Source: Candidatus Omnitrophota bacterium (GTDB taxonomy: Bacteria; Omnitrophota; Omnitrophia; Omnitrophales; JACROU01). From it: DNA of 64,000 bases. The notes beneath the pieces are model-generated. The model ran no database searches. It was not told the origin of the DNA and worked only from the letters and a program-made list of their open reading frames with translations. This document shows positions 1 through 9,334 of the stretch, piece by piece. Every line of letters begins with the position of its first letter. Position 1 is the first letter of the stretch. The position numbers were made by a program, and so were the translations under genes. The DNA lies in the NCBI GenBank assembly GCA_016214265.1, contig JACROU010000034.1, forward strand, positions 5,878 through 69,877, in the 5' to 3' direction.

Positions 1-536
1 TGTGCAAACACGATCATCCCGCCGATCGAATGCCCCACCCAATCCACTTGCGGCTGACCGGTCACCTCTTTAACTTTGGCTACGATTGCCGGAACGTCAT
101 AGCGGATATAATCGTCGATATTCCAATTCAACTTGTTGGCATTCAAGCTCATATTGCTCAAATCGTCCGGACGAAAACTAAGCAGTTCGCGAAAAGCGAG
201 CCAGCCAGGTTTCGAGCTCTTCCCCGCCCCACGAAGGGATACGGACCAAACATCAAATCCGCGATCGGCCAGATATTTGGCGAAACTTCGTTTGCGGCCG
301 ATATCCCAAAACTCGGCGTTATACCCCATTCCGTGACAGAGAATCACCGGGTTCTTGTACTTCACATGTCCTTTTTGATAATACCGCTGAAGGACCAGTG
401 TCCAGTCATCTTGGGTTTTTACGGAATAGACTTCCGAGTAGGTCCGAGGCATGAAATTGATAAACGTAAGCACCGCGCAGCCGGAGAATTGAAAACACAT
501 CAAAGCAATCAAAACGCCCGCAAGTTTTGTTTTCAT
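1..536 (-). CDS. alpha/beta hydrolase, probable lipoprotein (3' end runs off the window)
   Basis: Not in the ORF track. My translation from the ATG at 536, which overlaps the pncB stop (ATGA): MKTKLAGVLIALMCFQFSGC (lipobox-like) ... PVILCHGMG ... GFDVWSVSLRGAG ... WVGHSIGG (G-x-S-x-G nucleophile elbow). Confidence 0.85.
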   Translation of the reverse strand, partial: MKTKLAGVLIALMCFQFSGCAVLTFINFMPRTYSEVYSVKTQDDWTLVLQRYYQKGHVKYKNPVILCHGMGYNAEFWDIGRKRSFAKYLADRGFDVWSVSLRGAGKSSKPGWLAFRELLSFRPDDLSNMSLNANKLNWNIDDYIRYDVPAIVAKVKEVTGQPQVDWVGHSIGGMIVFA

Positions 537-1567
537 GAGATCACTTTTTTTAACCAAGGGTTAGGATGATATTTTCGTCCCACTTTGGCACAAGGTTTTC
601 CGTCAACCAGAACAACGTCGGCCGTAAAATCTACCCGATCGTGAAAAAACCAGGATCCGATTCCAACCGCATCAAAAGGCACTTTATCCCGGTTAAACTT
701 TCTCAGCTTTTCTTCATTAAAACCGCCGCTGATAATAATTTTTACCCAGCGGAAGCCTTCGCGATCCAACGCATTCCGAACATTCCGAACCAGCTCGCCC
801 GAAACACCGCGTGAATCTTCAGCTCGGCCGCGTACTGATACATCGATCAGTTTTTCGGAGGTGTCGAGCCGAACTCCCGAAAGTTTTTTTCCTAATTTAC
901 GAGCAACCTCAAGGCTGGTTCGAACACAATCGTTATCGAAATCAACAAGCGATACGATTTTGGAGTCATAATATCGACTAAACGCCTCCGAGGCCTCAGT
1001 GGTATTTCCACGAAAAGCAGCGATGAGCGCGTGAGGAATCGTTCCAATTCCTTTTTTCCCAGACCAAGCACCGTTGGCGTCTGTGGTCACGTCTTGAGCG
1101 CCTCCAATAAACGCTGCGAAACCGTCTCCTTCTTGCATCAAATAATGATCGAAGCGCGAACCGAAAAACAAAACCGGCTTCCCTCCTGCGGCCTCAACAG
1201 CACGCCGAACATTCGTCGCAATAGCAGTTCTGCGGGCAAGAATCCCCAAATAAATCGTTTCATAAATAGCGATATCCGAATAATTACCTTCCAAAGTCAT
1301 CACGGTTTCCCAGGGCTTGATCATGTCGCCATCGCGCAACGACTTCACAATCACTTTATTTTTCGAACCGAAACATTGCCTGAGCAAAGCCACAGTCTCG
1401 TCCACGCCGCAAAGAACGGCGCTGTGTTTGCAAAAAACTTGCATCAAGACATGCGCACGTTTCCCAGTTCCGCTGAGCATTTCGCGGCTTTTGACAAAAT
1501 ATGAATCCGTAAAATACCCCCGCCGGAGCTCAGCAATGGGAAATTTCAATTTGAATTTAATATTCAT
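533..1567 (-). CDS. pncB: nicotinate phosphoribosyltransferase
   Basis: FTDSYF, FGSRFDH, GTIPHALI (phospho-His), LVDFDND, GVRLDTS, ISGGF motifs; adjacent to nicotinamidase. Confidence 0.85.
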   Translation of the reverse strand: MNIKFKLKFPIAELRRGYFTDSYFVKSREMLSGTGKRAHVLMQVFCKHSAVLCGVDETVALLRQCFGSKNKVIVKSLRDGDMIKPWETVMTLEGNYSDIAIYETIYLGILARRTAIATNVRRAVEAAGGKPVLFFGSRFDHYLMQEGDGFAAFIGGAQDVTTDANGAWSGKKGIGTIPHALIAAFRGNTTEASEAFSRYYDSKIVSLVDFDNDCVRTSLEVARKLGKKLSGVRLDTSEKLIDVSVRGRAEDSRGVSGELVRNVRNALDREGFRWVKIIISGGFNEEKLRKFNRDKVPFDAVGIGSWFFHDRVDFTADVVLVDGKPCAKVGRKYHPNPWLKKVIS

Positions 1568-2091
1568 GGAAGGATTCGAACACCAAAAATTTTCTTCATG
1601 CGCTTTAAAGCGGCCTCATGACTTTTAGGGTCAAAGTCCGCGACCCCTTGGCTGTAAATCACGGTGGGCATTTTCATCTGATAAAGCCGGGAGGCCGCCT
1701 CCATCACGCAGATAGAGGTACAAACACCTGTGAGATAGACTTCATTGATCTTGAGCCGCTTCAGAATGCGCATCAAGCGCGGATTCGAGAATCCGCTGTA
1801 AGCGCGCTTTTCAATCGCATAATCCCTCTTGCTTCGCTGAATGCCGCGAATCAGCTTGGCTCCGGATGAACCTTTCATCGCATGCGGTGGATATATTTTC
1901 AATTCATAGTCTGAAAGCCGGTGGGCGTCACTCACGAAAATGACGGGATCCCCCTCGCGATGAAATTGATCTATTTTCCGGGCCACGAACGGAATGATCC
2001 GTCGCGCTTGGAAGCCGCAATAAAGAACGCCTCCGGGGTCCAGAAAATCGTTCTGCATATCGTTGACCAAAAGAGCTTTGCGACGCTTCAT
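1564..2091 (-). CDS. pncA: nicotinamidase / isochorismatase-family cysteine hydrolase
   Basis: DMQNDF, D-x-H, PPH, EKRAYSGF, GVCTSICV catalytic motifs; 4-nt overlap with pncB. Confidence 0.8.
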   Translation of the reverse strand: MKRRKALLVNDMQNDFLDPGGVLYCGFQARRIIPFVARKIDQFHREGDPVIFVSDAHRLSDYELKIYPPHAMKGSSGAKLIRGIQRSKRDYAIEKRAYSGFSNPRLMRILKRLKINEVYLTGVCTSICVMEAASRLYQMKMPTVIYSQGVADFDPKSHEAALKRMKKIFGVRILP

Positions 2092-2102
2092 CTTCTCACC
2101 CG

Positions 2103-2657
2103 CTATTCTCTGCCGATATATTCTCCGGTCTCTGTGTTCACACGAATCATGGTGCCTTCTTGAATAAACATAGGAACCTGAATGCTCATTCCCGTCTCAA
2201 GCGTGGCGGGCTTCATATTATTGGAAACAGAATCGCCCCGAATCGCCGGCGGAGAATCAACAACTTTCAGAATTACTTGTTTCGGAAGCTCGATGGTAAC
2301 CGGACGTTCATCATGGAAATCGATCTCCAGCTCCATATTTTCCTTCAAATAATTCTTCGCGTCCCCGACCACATCCTCACTAATATCGACCGTGTGATAA
2401 TCTTCTGTCTGCATAAAATGGTATCCGTTGGTGTCTTTGTAGAGAAACTGCATTTTCCGCGATTCCAGATGCGCCACGTCCATCTCTTCAGTCGAGGAAA
2501 ATTTGTTTTGAAGAATTTTACCCGTACGGATATTTTTAAGCGTCAATTGCACAAATGCCCGCTTATTTCCCGGCGTGTAATGAGTAAAATCCATCACCAG
2601 ATGGATTTCCTTGTTGTAAATAATGGCCATTCCTCTTCTCAGATCATTCGCTTGCAT
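2103..2657 (-). CDS. efp: translation elongation factor P
   Basis: 184 aa; MQFLY, RGDS, KPATLETG, VPMFI, VNTETGEYIGR; loop tip reads TPGNKRA; strong GAGGAGG RBS. Confidence 0.97.
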   Translation of the reverse strand: MQANDLRRGMAIIYNKEIHLVMDFTHYTPGNKRAFVQLTLKNIRTGKILQNKFSSTEEMDVAHLESRKMQFLYKDTNGYHFMQTEDYHTVDISEDVVGDAKNYLKENMELEIDFHDERPVTIELPKQVILKVVDSPPAIRGDSVSNNMKPATLETGMSIQVPMFIQEGTMIRVNTETGEYIGRE

Positions 2658-2682
2658 GTTTTGGTTGTTCCTCCTCGGTATA

Positions 2683-2716
2683 GGCAGGTGCCAGGTTCAT
2701 GAACCTGGCACCTGCC
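2683..2716. repeat. 34-bp perfect palindrome (REP-like stem-loop) between pgeF and efp
   Basis: GGCAGGTGCCAGGTTCA|TGAACCTGGCACCTGCC is its own reverse complement. Confidence 0.9.
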
Positions 2717-2728
2717 CCTTACTTCACA

Positions 2729-3433
2729 TCACGGCAACATCATAAAAGAAATCATGCGGCCGGCATTTTCCTGCTCGCGCCGGTATGAGAAAAAATCACC
2801 CGGATTACAAAACGTACATAGTCCGGAATCAAAAATCGATGATTGGGGAATTCCAAGACCTTCGAGTTCCTGAAATAAATATCCAATCAGGTCAAAATGA
2901 TGCTTCCCGTTTACCGGCTTCATGAATGATTTAAATTCGGGAATTTGATCCGATCGAAACTCATAACAACACGAACGAATCGACGGCCCCAACGCCGCCT
3001 GAAGTCGCTTCACATCCGACCCGCTGCGGCCAGCAAGCTCCAAAATCGTTTTCTTCACAATCCCGAGGCGCGCGCCTTTCCAGCCTGCGTGAATCAAGGC
3101 AATCGTCAACGTTTCGGGATCAAACACAAAAACAGGAACGCAATCGGCGGTGCGTATCGTTAAAAGCACACCGGATTGATTCGTTACTAAAGCGTCAGTC
3201 TCGGCAATCTCGTCAACTTGGCCTTGATGAACCCAGGCGATGCGATCGCCATGACATTGCTTTAAGCCCACCGCATTCTCTCGGGCAATTTGAAGTTCCC
3301 GGCAGAGCGCCGAGCGATCCGGACACGCTTTATGCGTGGTGCCCGCAACCAATTTTCCGGAATTAAAACAGTCCCACAAAAAATAGGATGGAAGTCTTAC
3401 AATTTGCGAAGGTGTTTGCGACCGGAAAGTCAT
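2729..3433 (-). CDS. pgeF: PgeF/YfiH-family purine nucleoside phosphorylase / peptidoglycan editing factor
   Basis: Q-x-HG, DALVT, TADCVPV, HAGWKG, GPSI-x-x-CCYE, CT, FFSYRR, GRM motifs. Confidence 0.93.
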   Translation of the reverse strand: MTFRSQTPSQIVRLPSYFLWDCFNSGKLVAGTTHKACPDRSALCRELQIARENAVGLKQCHGDRIAWVHQGQVDEIAETDALVTNQSGVLLTIRTADCVPVFVFDPETLTIALIHAGWKGARLGIVKKTILELAGRSGSDVKRLQAALGPSIRSCCYEFRSDQIPEFKSFMKPVNGKHHFDLIGYLFQELEGLGIPQSSIFDSGLCTFCNPGDFFSYRREQENAGRMISFMMLP

Positions 3434-3435
3434 GA

Positions 3436-5559
3436 TTACTTTTTCTTTGTGGCAGCCATGCCTTGTTTCGGCTCAAACAATTTTTCTTCGGTAAGTATCG
3501 GCCTAGCCTTTTCATTCAGCGGATCCTGATTGAACCGCTTCCGGATCGCGCCCTGATTGAGATAATTATTTAACGTGATCAGAATCATTCCTTGATCCAG
3601 CGCCAGATATCGATACGCCACCAATCCGGAAACCGGATTTACCGCATCGTAAAAGCCGTATTCCCCGTAAATGGGATACCTTTCAATCAAACGGCGCATA
3701 TTCGCGGTTACGATTTCAGGAGCAATTTCGAGGGCCAGAATGCTGGCATGCGGGGACACAACGCCTTCTTTATACCCTTTCGAGCCGAAGGGTTTGGCGC
3801 CATATTCCGAATATCCCCCTTCGGGAATGGCGCAGGGACTCATACCCCAAACCGGATATTTTAGCTCACCCAGCGTGTACAGAATATGTCCTTCCACATG
3901 ATGACGATCGTTCATGCCAAGACCTTCGGGAGCCAGCCCGGCTTCATCCAAAACCATGGCGGGCATCAACGCTTCAAAGCATGATCCGCCCCAGCTGGGG
4001 ACGTATTTCAGCTTTTTCCATTCGTAATACCCGTCATAGTATTCCACGCCCAAAACTATTTTCTTGCTGCGATTGATCGGCTCCATAAATTGCCATGTGA
4101 AATTTTCCGGAAAAGTACGAAATGTGTGAAACCAATGCTCCAACGGAACTTCACCCCGGCCGATCGCCAGATAACTTCCCATTCGCGTTTCAGAAAAAAA
4201 AGCCCCGTAATGATAATTGGAGTACTGATTCATATGACCATAAAAACCGTGACACATTTGCCGCTCGACGGGATCGTAGAAAAAATTAAAATTAAACGTT
4301 TTCAGATAATCGTCACAGTCTTTTCCGACCTCTTCCGGAAACGCATTCTTCGCGACCACCAATCCGGCCGCGAGCCACGAGCTGTCGACGAAGGAAACAA
4401 AGTAGCTGGTCTTTTCAAGCGTAGTAGTGTCGTAATAATTGTAGGGAAATCCGCTGGAGTGATGTTCCAGCTTGCGCATACCGGCGATCGCATTCTTGAT
4501 TCGCTTAACGGCTTCGGCCTTGTCGATAAATCCCAGATCGGAAGCGGAAACAAGCACCATCAAGTACAAACCCACATTCGTGACATTCGTGTAATCACCG
4601 ACCCAGCCGTCCTCGGCAACGGGGGTTTCTTTGCCCAGCTGAATCATATCGAGCACCAAATGATGCTCTTTGTCGACCATCTCATCAAAATACCGCCAGG
4701 TGTCCCGGGCCACTTCCATCAGGAACTCGCGGTCGTCTTTCGGGAACTCTTTTTTCACGAGAGTTTGTTTCGGATATCCCCCCAACCGCTTGATCAAAAA
4801 CTTCGCGTATTCCGGCCCTTCCATCCACATCGGCGTTTTGGGAATAACGCGCGCCGGAGAATCAACCGCGCTTGGTCCTGGAGTTCCGGTCTTGGTGAAT
4901 TTGAAATTGTCAAAATAGAGTGCGCCTTCTTTTTTGGTCACGCGGCGATCTTCAAACACGATAACGAGCTCGTCCAGATTTTTGAAGGCAACCATCGGAT
5001 TCTTCCAGATTTCGGGATCGGAAAAATTTAAAATTCCGGTAAAATTATTGAGGGGAATGCTGACATGCTTCCAATCAGATTCCACATCCGTCACCACAAA
5101 ACCGCCTTTGAGTTTCTCCATGCGCTCCGCATCTTTAAAACTCTTCAATTCCACTTTGAAGACACTCGAAAAACCTTTTTCACGATCCCCCTTCACATCA
5201 AATTCCAAATGATCATATCCGGAGGCGTCGAGCTCATTCAGCTTGGTCCAAAATCCGTTTGCGGCAGGATCCGGTGAATCCACATCGTAAGTAAGCTTCA
5301 AGGCGAATTTGGACCCCGTTAATCCTTCATTGGGAACTAATTCGGGCACACAGTCAGCCGTATTGTCCTCAGGATCCGAGTCCCAGCCGCCGCTTTCGGC
5401 ATTTAAATTGTTTATTAGATTTCCAAACTCAAAATCTTGGACGACAACTTCGGTTGGCTGTTGCGGGGCTGTCTGGGATGCGGACGGAGTTTCCGCGTAA
5501 AGAAACGCCGGGCATATCAATTGAATAGAAATAAGAACGGCAAGGCACAGTTTAGACAT
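3436..5559 (-). CDS. secreted glucoamylase-family (DUF3131/Glycoamylase, GH144/GH189-like) glycosidase with N-terminal CBM11-like domain
   Basis: Signal peptide; carbohydrate-binding-type N-domain (LKLTYDV...GFW...LEFDVKG...LYFDNF); DTWRYF, YTNVTNVGLYL, VSFVDS, SETR, PSWGGSCFEALMP, WGMS, GEYGFYDA, LALDQGMI. Confidence 0.8.
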   Translation of the reverse strand: MSKLCLAVLISIQLICPAFLYAETPSASQTAPQQPTEVVVQDFEFGNLINNLNAESGGWDSDPEDNTADCVPELVPNEGLTGSKFALKLTYDVDSPDPAANGFWTKLNELDASGYDHLEFDVKGDREKGFSSVFKVELKSFKDAERMEKLKGGFVVTDVESDWKHVSIPLNNFTGILNFSDPEIWKNPMVAFKNLDELVIVFEDRRVTKKEGALYFDNFKFTKTGTPGPSAVDSPARVIPKTPMWMEGPEYAKFLIKRLGGYPKQTLVKKEFPKDDREFLMEVARDTWRYFDEMVDKEHHLVLDMIQLGKETPVAEDGWVGDYTNVTNVGLYLMVLVSASDLGFIDKAEAVKRIKNAIAGMRKLEHHSSGFPYNYYDTTTLEKTSYFVSFVDSSWLAAGLVVAKNAFPEEVGKDCDDYLKTFNFNFFYDPVERQMCHGFYGHMNQYSNYHYGAFFSETRMGSYLAIGRGEVPLEHWFHTFRTFPENFTWQFMEPINRSKKIVLGVEYYDGYYEWKKLKYVPSWGGSCFEALMPAMVLDEAGLAPEGLGMNDRHHVEGHILYTLGELKYPVWGMSPCAIPEGGYSEYGAKPFGSKGYKEGVVSPHASILALEIAPEIVTANMRRLIERYPIYGEYGFYDAVNPVSGLVAYRYLALDQGMILITLNNYLNQGAIRKRFNQDPLNEKARPILTEEKLFEPKQGMAATKKK

Positions 5560-5621
5560 GCTTTTTCCCCGATGGGTAGATAGGAACTAAAATTAGTGGT
5601 AAGTATAGCTAAAGGCAGGAA

Positions 5622-6668
5622 TTAAGTAAATTTCTTTAACTGCTTCGCGGTCAAGGGGCCGATGACTCCCGTTGTTTCAAGATGATAACGTTTCTGAAAT
5701 CCACGGATAGCAGACACCGTCTGGGTCGTCACAACACCATCCACGCGGCCTGTTTTATATCCGGCGCGCTTCAACGCCTTTTCAAATTCAAAAATTTTGC
5801 GTCTGTCCCAGGCTTTTTTGTTCGCCCGAACTTCTTTGTAGTCATTTCTGAAACTCACGCGCGAATAATAATCAAGAAGCACTTTTAAATCATGCCACGG
5901 GCGCACACTGCCCATGATTGCCACAACCACATCTCGATTCCTGTAATTAATGCGGCCGACAAAACAATGCATCGCACTGCGAGTAAATCCCGTTTTTCCC
6001 ACCACCAACCTTCGGTCTCTCCATAACATTTTATTGTGATTTTTAAGGAAGAATTTTCTTCCCCGCAAACTGCGGATTTGGGCGTATTTGGTCGCCAATG
6101 TCTGCATGATAAAGGGATATTTTTTTGCCGAATTCATAATCAACGCCAAATCCAGAGAAGTAGAATATTGCGCATCCGATGATAACCCGTGTGGATTCAC
6201 ATAATGCGTGTTGTACGCCCCGACTCTGCGAGCCTTTTTATTCATCAGCGCGGCAAATCCCCGCTCGGAACCGCTGATTTCGTGCGCGAACACAACCGCA
6301 ACATCATTGGCCGATGAAATAAGAAGCGCTTTCAACAAATCACGAACACGAAATCTTTCTCCAGGACGCACATAAATTTTGGTTCTTGGCACATATGAAG
6401 TCTCGGTATGAACCGTAATCACATCGTCCAAATCCATATTATCCAGCACCACCATCGCGGTCATGACTTTTGTGGTACTTGCCAGCGGACGGCGCAAATT
6501 GGAATTTTTGCCGCACAAAATCCGGCTTTGCGCTGAGTCATAGACAACCAGAGAACGCGCAGATACATAAGGCTCAATACCGATCGCCGCTTCCGCCTGA
6601 GGCATAGGGGAATACAAAGAGGAAACAATCGCAAACGAAACGAATGTGGTGAAAAATTTTTTTAACAT
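5622..6668 (-). CDS. D-alanyl-D-alanine carboxypeptidase (peptidase S11) with C-terminal peptidoglycan-binding domain
   Basis: ASTTK (SxxK), SAN (SxN), NPHGL, GKTGFT; C-terminal VDG...T..AIRGFQ...L..TG..GP.T PG_binding_1 pattern. Confidence 0.9.
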   Translation of the reverse strand: MLKKFFTTFVSFAIVSSLYSPMPQAEAAIGIEPYVSARSLVVYDSAQSRILCGKNSNLRRPLASTTKVMTAMVVLDNMDLDDVITVHTETSYVPRTKIYVRPGERFRVRDLLKALLISSANDVAVVFAHEISGSERGFAALMNKKARRVGAYNTHYVNPHGLSSDAQYSTSLDLALIMNSAKKYPFIMQTLATKYAQIRSLRGRKFFLKNHNKMLWRDRRLVVGKTGFTRSAMHCFVGRINYRNRDVVVAIMGSVRPWHDLKVLLDYYSRVSFRNDYKEVRANKKAWDRRKIFEFEKALKRAGYKTGRVDGVVTTQTVSAIRGFQKRYHLETTGVIGPLTAKQLKKFT

Positions 6669-6739
6669 AAATTAATTGAACTTTCGATATGGATAACGGT
6701 TGTAGCATTTTCGACAGGACGTGAGGGGTACTTTAGCGG

Positions 6740-6766
6740 GTAGGGGCTTAGCATGCTAAACCCTAC
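6740..6766. repeat. GTAG-type REP-like palindrome
   Basis: GTAGGGGCTTAGCATGCTAAACCCTAC: GTAGGG...CCCTAC arms around a TTAGCATGCTAA core. Confidence 0.65.
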
Positions 6767-6781
6767 AAAAGAATCCGAGAA

Positions 6782-8365
6782 CTACGCGTAAACCCTAAAA
6801 TCAATTTTGGGGAAAATATTGTCTTTAGCTTCAAGATCTCGAAGCCAGACCTCGTCAACGCGGAAATTGTTGACGTCTTCATATATTCTCGTAAACCGAT
6901 TAATATGATCCCTCGTCCGCTGATGTGCGTAAGGCACCATCGTCCCAGTTTTCATAATAAACGCCCAATCGCTCGATTCAGCAAGCAATAGTTCCCTTGC
7001 CGCCTGATTAAGCGCCCGGCACACCAGACCGTCATCAGAACCATGAAATTTTTTGGCCAAAGCGTGCATCCGGTTACTGGCTTCATGAAGATGCCGGTAA
7101 ATCCAGTCATTGCTCCCCTCTAGCCACACCTCACTGTAACCTTTGTGCCCCCAGCTAGAAAACGACGGCGTCATCACCTGATTGCTCGGATACTCTTTCA
7201 AATATTCCCAGGCCGTCATCGTTTGAAGCGTCGGTGAATCATAAAAAATTTTCTTGAGCAGGAACTCTAAAAATTGTGGGCCCTCATACCACCAATGACC
7301 AAAAAGTTCCGCGTCATACGGCGCAACCACCAACGGCTTTCTGTCCATATGTCCGCTCAAAAATTCAATCTGTTTCTCCCGGTTGAACATGAAATTTCCG
7401 GCATGCTCCGCAGCTTTACCTCTCGCCCAATCGGGATGATACGGCTCTTTATGATTTGTGCTACCCGTAATCCGGAAATACTTGAGTCCAGTACCAATAC
7501 GAATTCCGTCGGGATGAATGTAGGGCTTGATGTAATCGAAATCACAATCGAAACCGATATCCCGGTAATATTCCCGATATTCAGACGCGCCCGGATACCC
7601 CTCCTCTGCACTCCACACCTGTTTGGACGATTCCATATCCCGGCTGAACGCTGCGACACCGCTCGGACAATAAACCGGAGCGTACACCCCAAATTTGGGA
7701 CGCGGTGAACCATGTAATACGCCGTGCGTCTCAAGGAAAAAGTATTGAATGCCGTTTTCCGATAAAATCTTGTCAACGCCAGGAGCGTAACCACACTCGG
7801 GAAGCCAAATGCCGCGCGGTGAGCGATCAAACATAGACTCGTAATGTTCTTTCGCCACCCGGATCTGTGCGCGGATAGACTGAGGTACCGTCTCCATCAA
7901 CGGAAGAAATCCGTGCGTCGCCCCACAAGTAATAATGTCGAGTTTGCCGAGATCCTGAAATTTTTTAAACGCCGTCACAAGATTTCTGTGATATTTGTTT
8001 TCGAAAACAAACCGCGCACGTTTAAAATCCTCGTGATATTTCTGCGAAAGCTCCCGGAATTCATTGTGATTCTGGTTGCGCTCGATTTCTTTTCCGGAAA
8101 GCTCAATCAGTTTATCCAGATGGGCCAAATACCGGTTTTGCAATAACTCATCGGCAAGCATCGACGCAAGCGGAGGTGAAATCGTCATCGTCACCCGGAA
8201 ATCAACGCCTTCATCGACGAGCCGGTCGAACGATTCAACGAGCGGAATGTAAGTTTCTGTGATGGCTTCATACAGCCAAATCTCTTCGAGAAAATAGGGG
8301 TGTTCGGGATGACGAACAAACGGCAGATGCGCGTGCAGTAGAAGTAAGAGATAACCTTTTTTCAT
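6782..8365 (-). CDS. GH57 1,4-alpha-glucan branching enzyme (DUF1957)
   Basis: HAHLPFVRH, ETYIPL, ATHGFLP, GIWLPEC, PYDAELFGHWWYEG, ELLLAESSDWAF; start re-called at MKKGY (8365). Confidence 0.92.
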   Translation of the reverse strand: MKKGYLLLLLHAHLPFVRHPEHPYFLEEIWLYEAITETYIPLVESFDRLVDEGVDFRVTMTISPPLASMLADELLQNRYLAHLDKLIELSGKEIERNQNHNEFRELSQKYHEDFKRARFVFENKYHRNLVTAFKKFQDLGKLDIITCGATHGFLPLMETVPQSIRAQIRVAKEHYESMFDRSPRGIWLPECGYAPGVDKILSENGIQYFFLETHGVLHGSPRPKFGVYAPVYCPSGVAAFSRDMESSKQVWSAEEGYPGASEYREYYRDIGFDCDFDYIKPYIHPDGIRIGTGLKYFRITGSTNHKEPYHPDWARGKAAEHAGNFMFNREKQIEFLSGHMDRKPLVVAPYDAELFGHWWYEGPQFLEFLLKKIFYDSPTLQTMTAWEYLKEYPSNQVMTPSFSSWGHKGYSEVWLEGSNDWIYRHLHEASNRMHALAKKFHGSDDGLVCRALNQAARELLLAESSDWAFIMKTGTMVPYAHQRTRDHINRFTRIYEDVNNFRVDEVWLRDLEAKDNIFPKIDFRVYA

Positions 8366-8369
8366 GGGT

Positions 8370-9254
8370 TCACTTTGCTGAAGCTCGGCTGGAAAAAGCG
8401 CCGGATGACAACCATTCGCGGAACAAAACACCTTTTTTAATTCGATCCATCAATTCACCGGAACTGATGCCGATTTTAAATCCTCCGGAAGCGGCATACA
8501 GCAATTCAAACTCACGGCTCATCCATTCCTCATCAATGACATCCGACGGCGTATCACGCGGGGTTCTCACCACATTAGACCGGGCAATCACATAAAATCG
8601 GCCGTATTGATCCCGAATTCCAATCTCAACCAAGAAACTTCTGTCCGGCTTGCCGACTTCCAAATACCAATTACCCGCATCAAAGTTAATATCAAGATCA
8701 AAAAAACTATTCGCGTTTGTTCCATCAAAATTACGATTCGTCACATCGTAAATGCGCAGTACCGCTTTGGGCCCGGTCAATTCACGATACCAACGAGTAA
8801 TCTGACTGCGCGTTGGCGCACTGAAATCCCAGTAGGTGTAGCACCAGTAAGGATCCCGAACCATCAGCACGATTTTTGTCACGCCATAACTGGACGGCAA
8901 ATCATGTTCATAACGGATTTCGTGAGAGGGCTCTCCTTCCACGTGCATGGCGCTTTCAGAATAAGGATGAACAAAACCTTGCTGGGCTTCAACGGAACGG
9001 GTTTTTAACCGGACACGAATGGCCAGCGGCGGCTCAATTCTTGACGTTTGTTTGCGGGTTGCCGGGGATTTTGACTTCGTTTTTAATTTCGACTTTGATT
9101 TTGGTGCGGATTTTTGTTTTGACTGCTTGACTTCTTCTTTTTTAATTTTCGAGATGAGCTCAGATTTATTCAGGGTGGAGGCGTTTGGGATGCGCAGTTT
9201 TTTAGCAATCGAAAGCAGTTTCTCTTTTACTAGCCGGTCCAGATTTTTAATCAT
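8370..9254 (-). CDS. DUF4912-domain protein with Rho-N-like N-terminus
   Basis: L..IAKKL.I...S.LNK.ELI N-terminus; LPSSYG...LMVRDPYW..YWD, WYL, ARSN.V.TP; usual partner of GH57 genes. Confidence 0.88.
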   Translation of the reverse strand: MIKNLDRLVKEKLLSIAKKLRIPNASTLNKSELISKIKKEEVKQSKQKSAPKSKSKLKTKSKSPATRKQTSRIEPPLAIRVRLKTRSVEAQQGFVHPYSESAMHVEGEPSHEIRYEHDLPSSYGVTKIVLMVRDPYWCYTYWDFSAPTRSQITRWYRELTGPKAVLRIYDVTNRNFDGTNANSFFDLDINFDAGNWYLEVGKPDRSFLVEIGIRDQYGRFYVIARSNVVRTPRDTPSDVIDEEWMSREFELLYAASGGFKIGISSGELMDRIKKGVLFREWLSSGAFSSRASAK

Positions 9255-9334
9255 AGGCCCGTGTATCCCTCTGCTGTAACAGGTTTTCTAAAGGGCAAGG
9301 CAACAGAAAATTATACTAATTATCGGTTTACAAT

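Noticed and set aside
30-569. 179-aa plus-strand ORF
   Set aside because: Antisense shadow of the minus-strand alpha/beta hydrolase, which carries clear family motifs.
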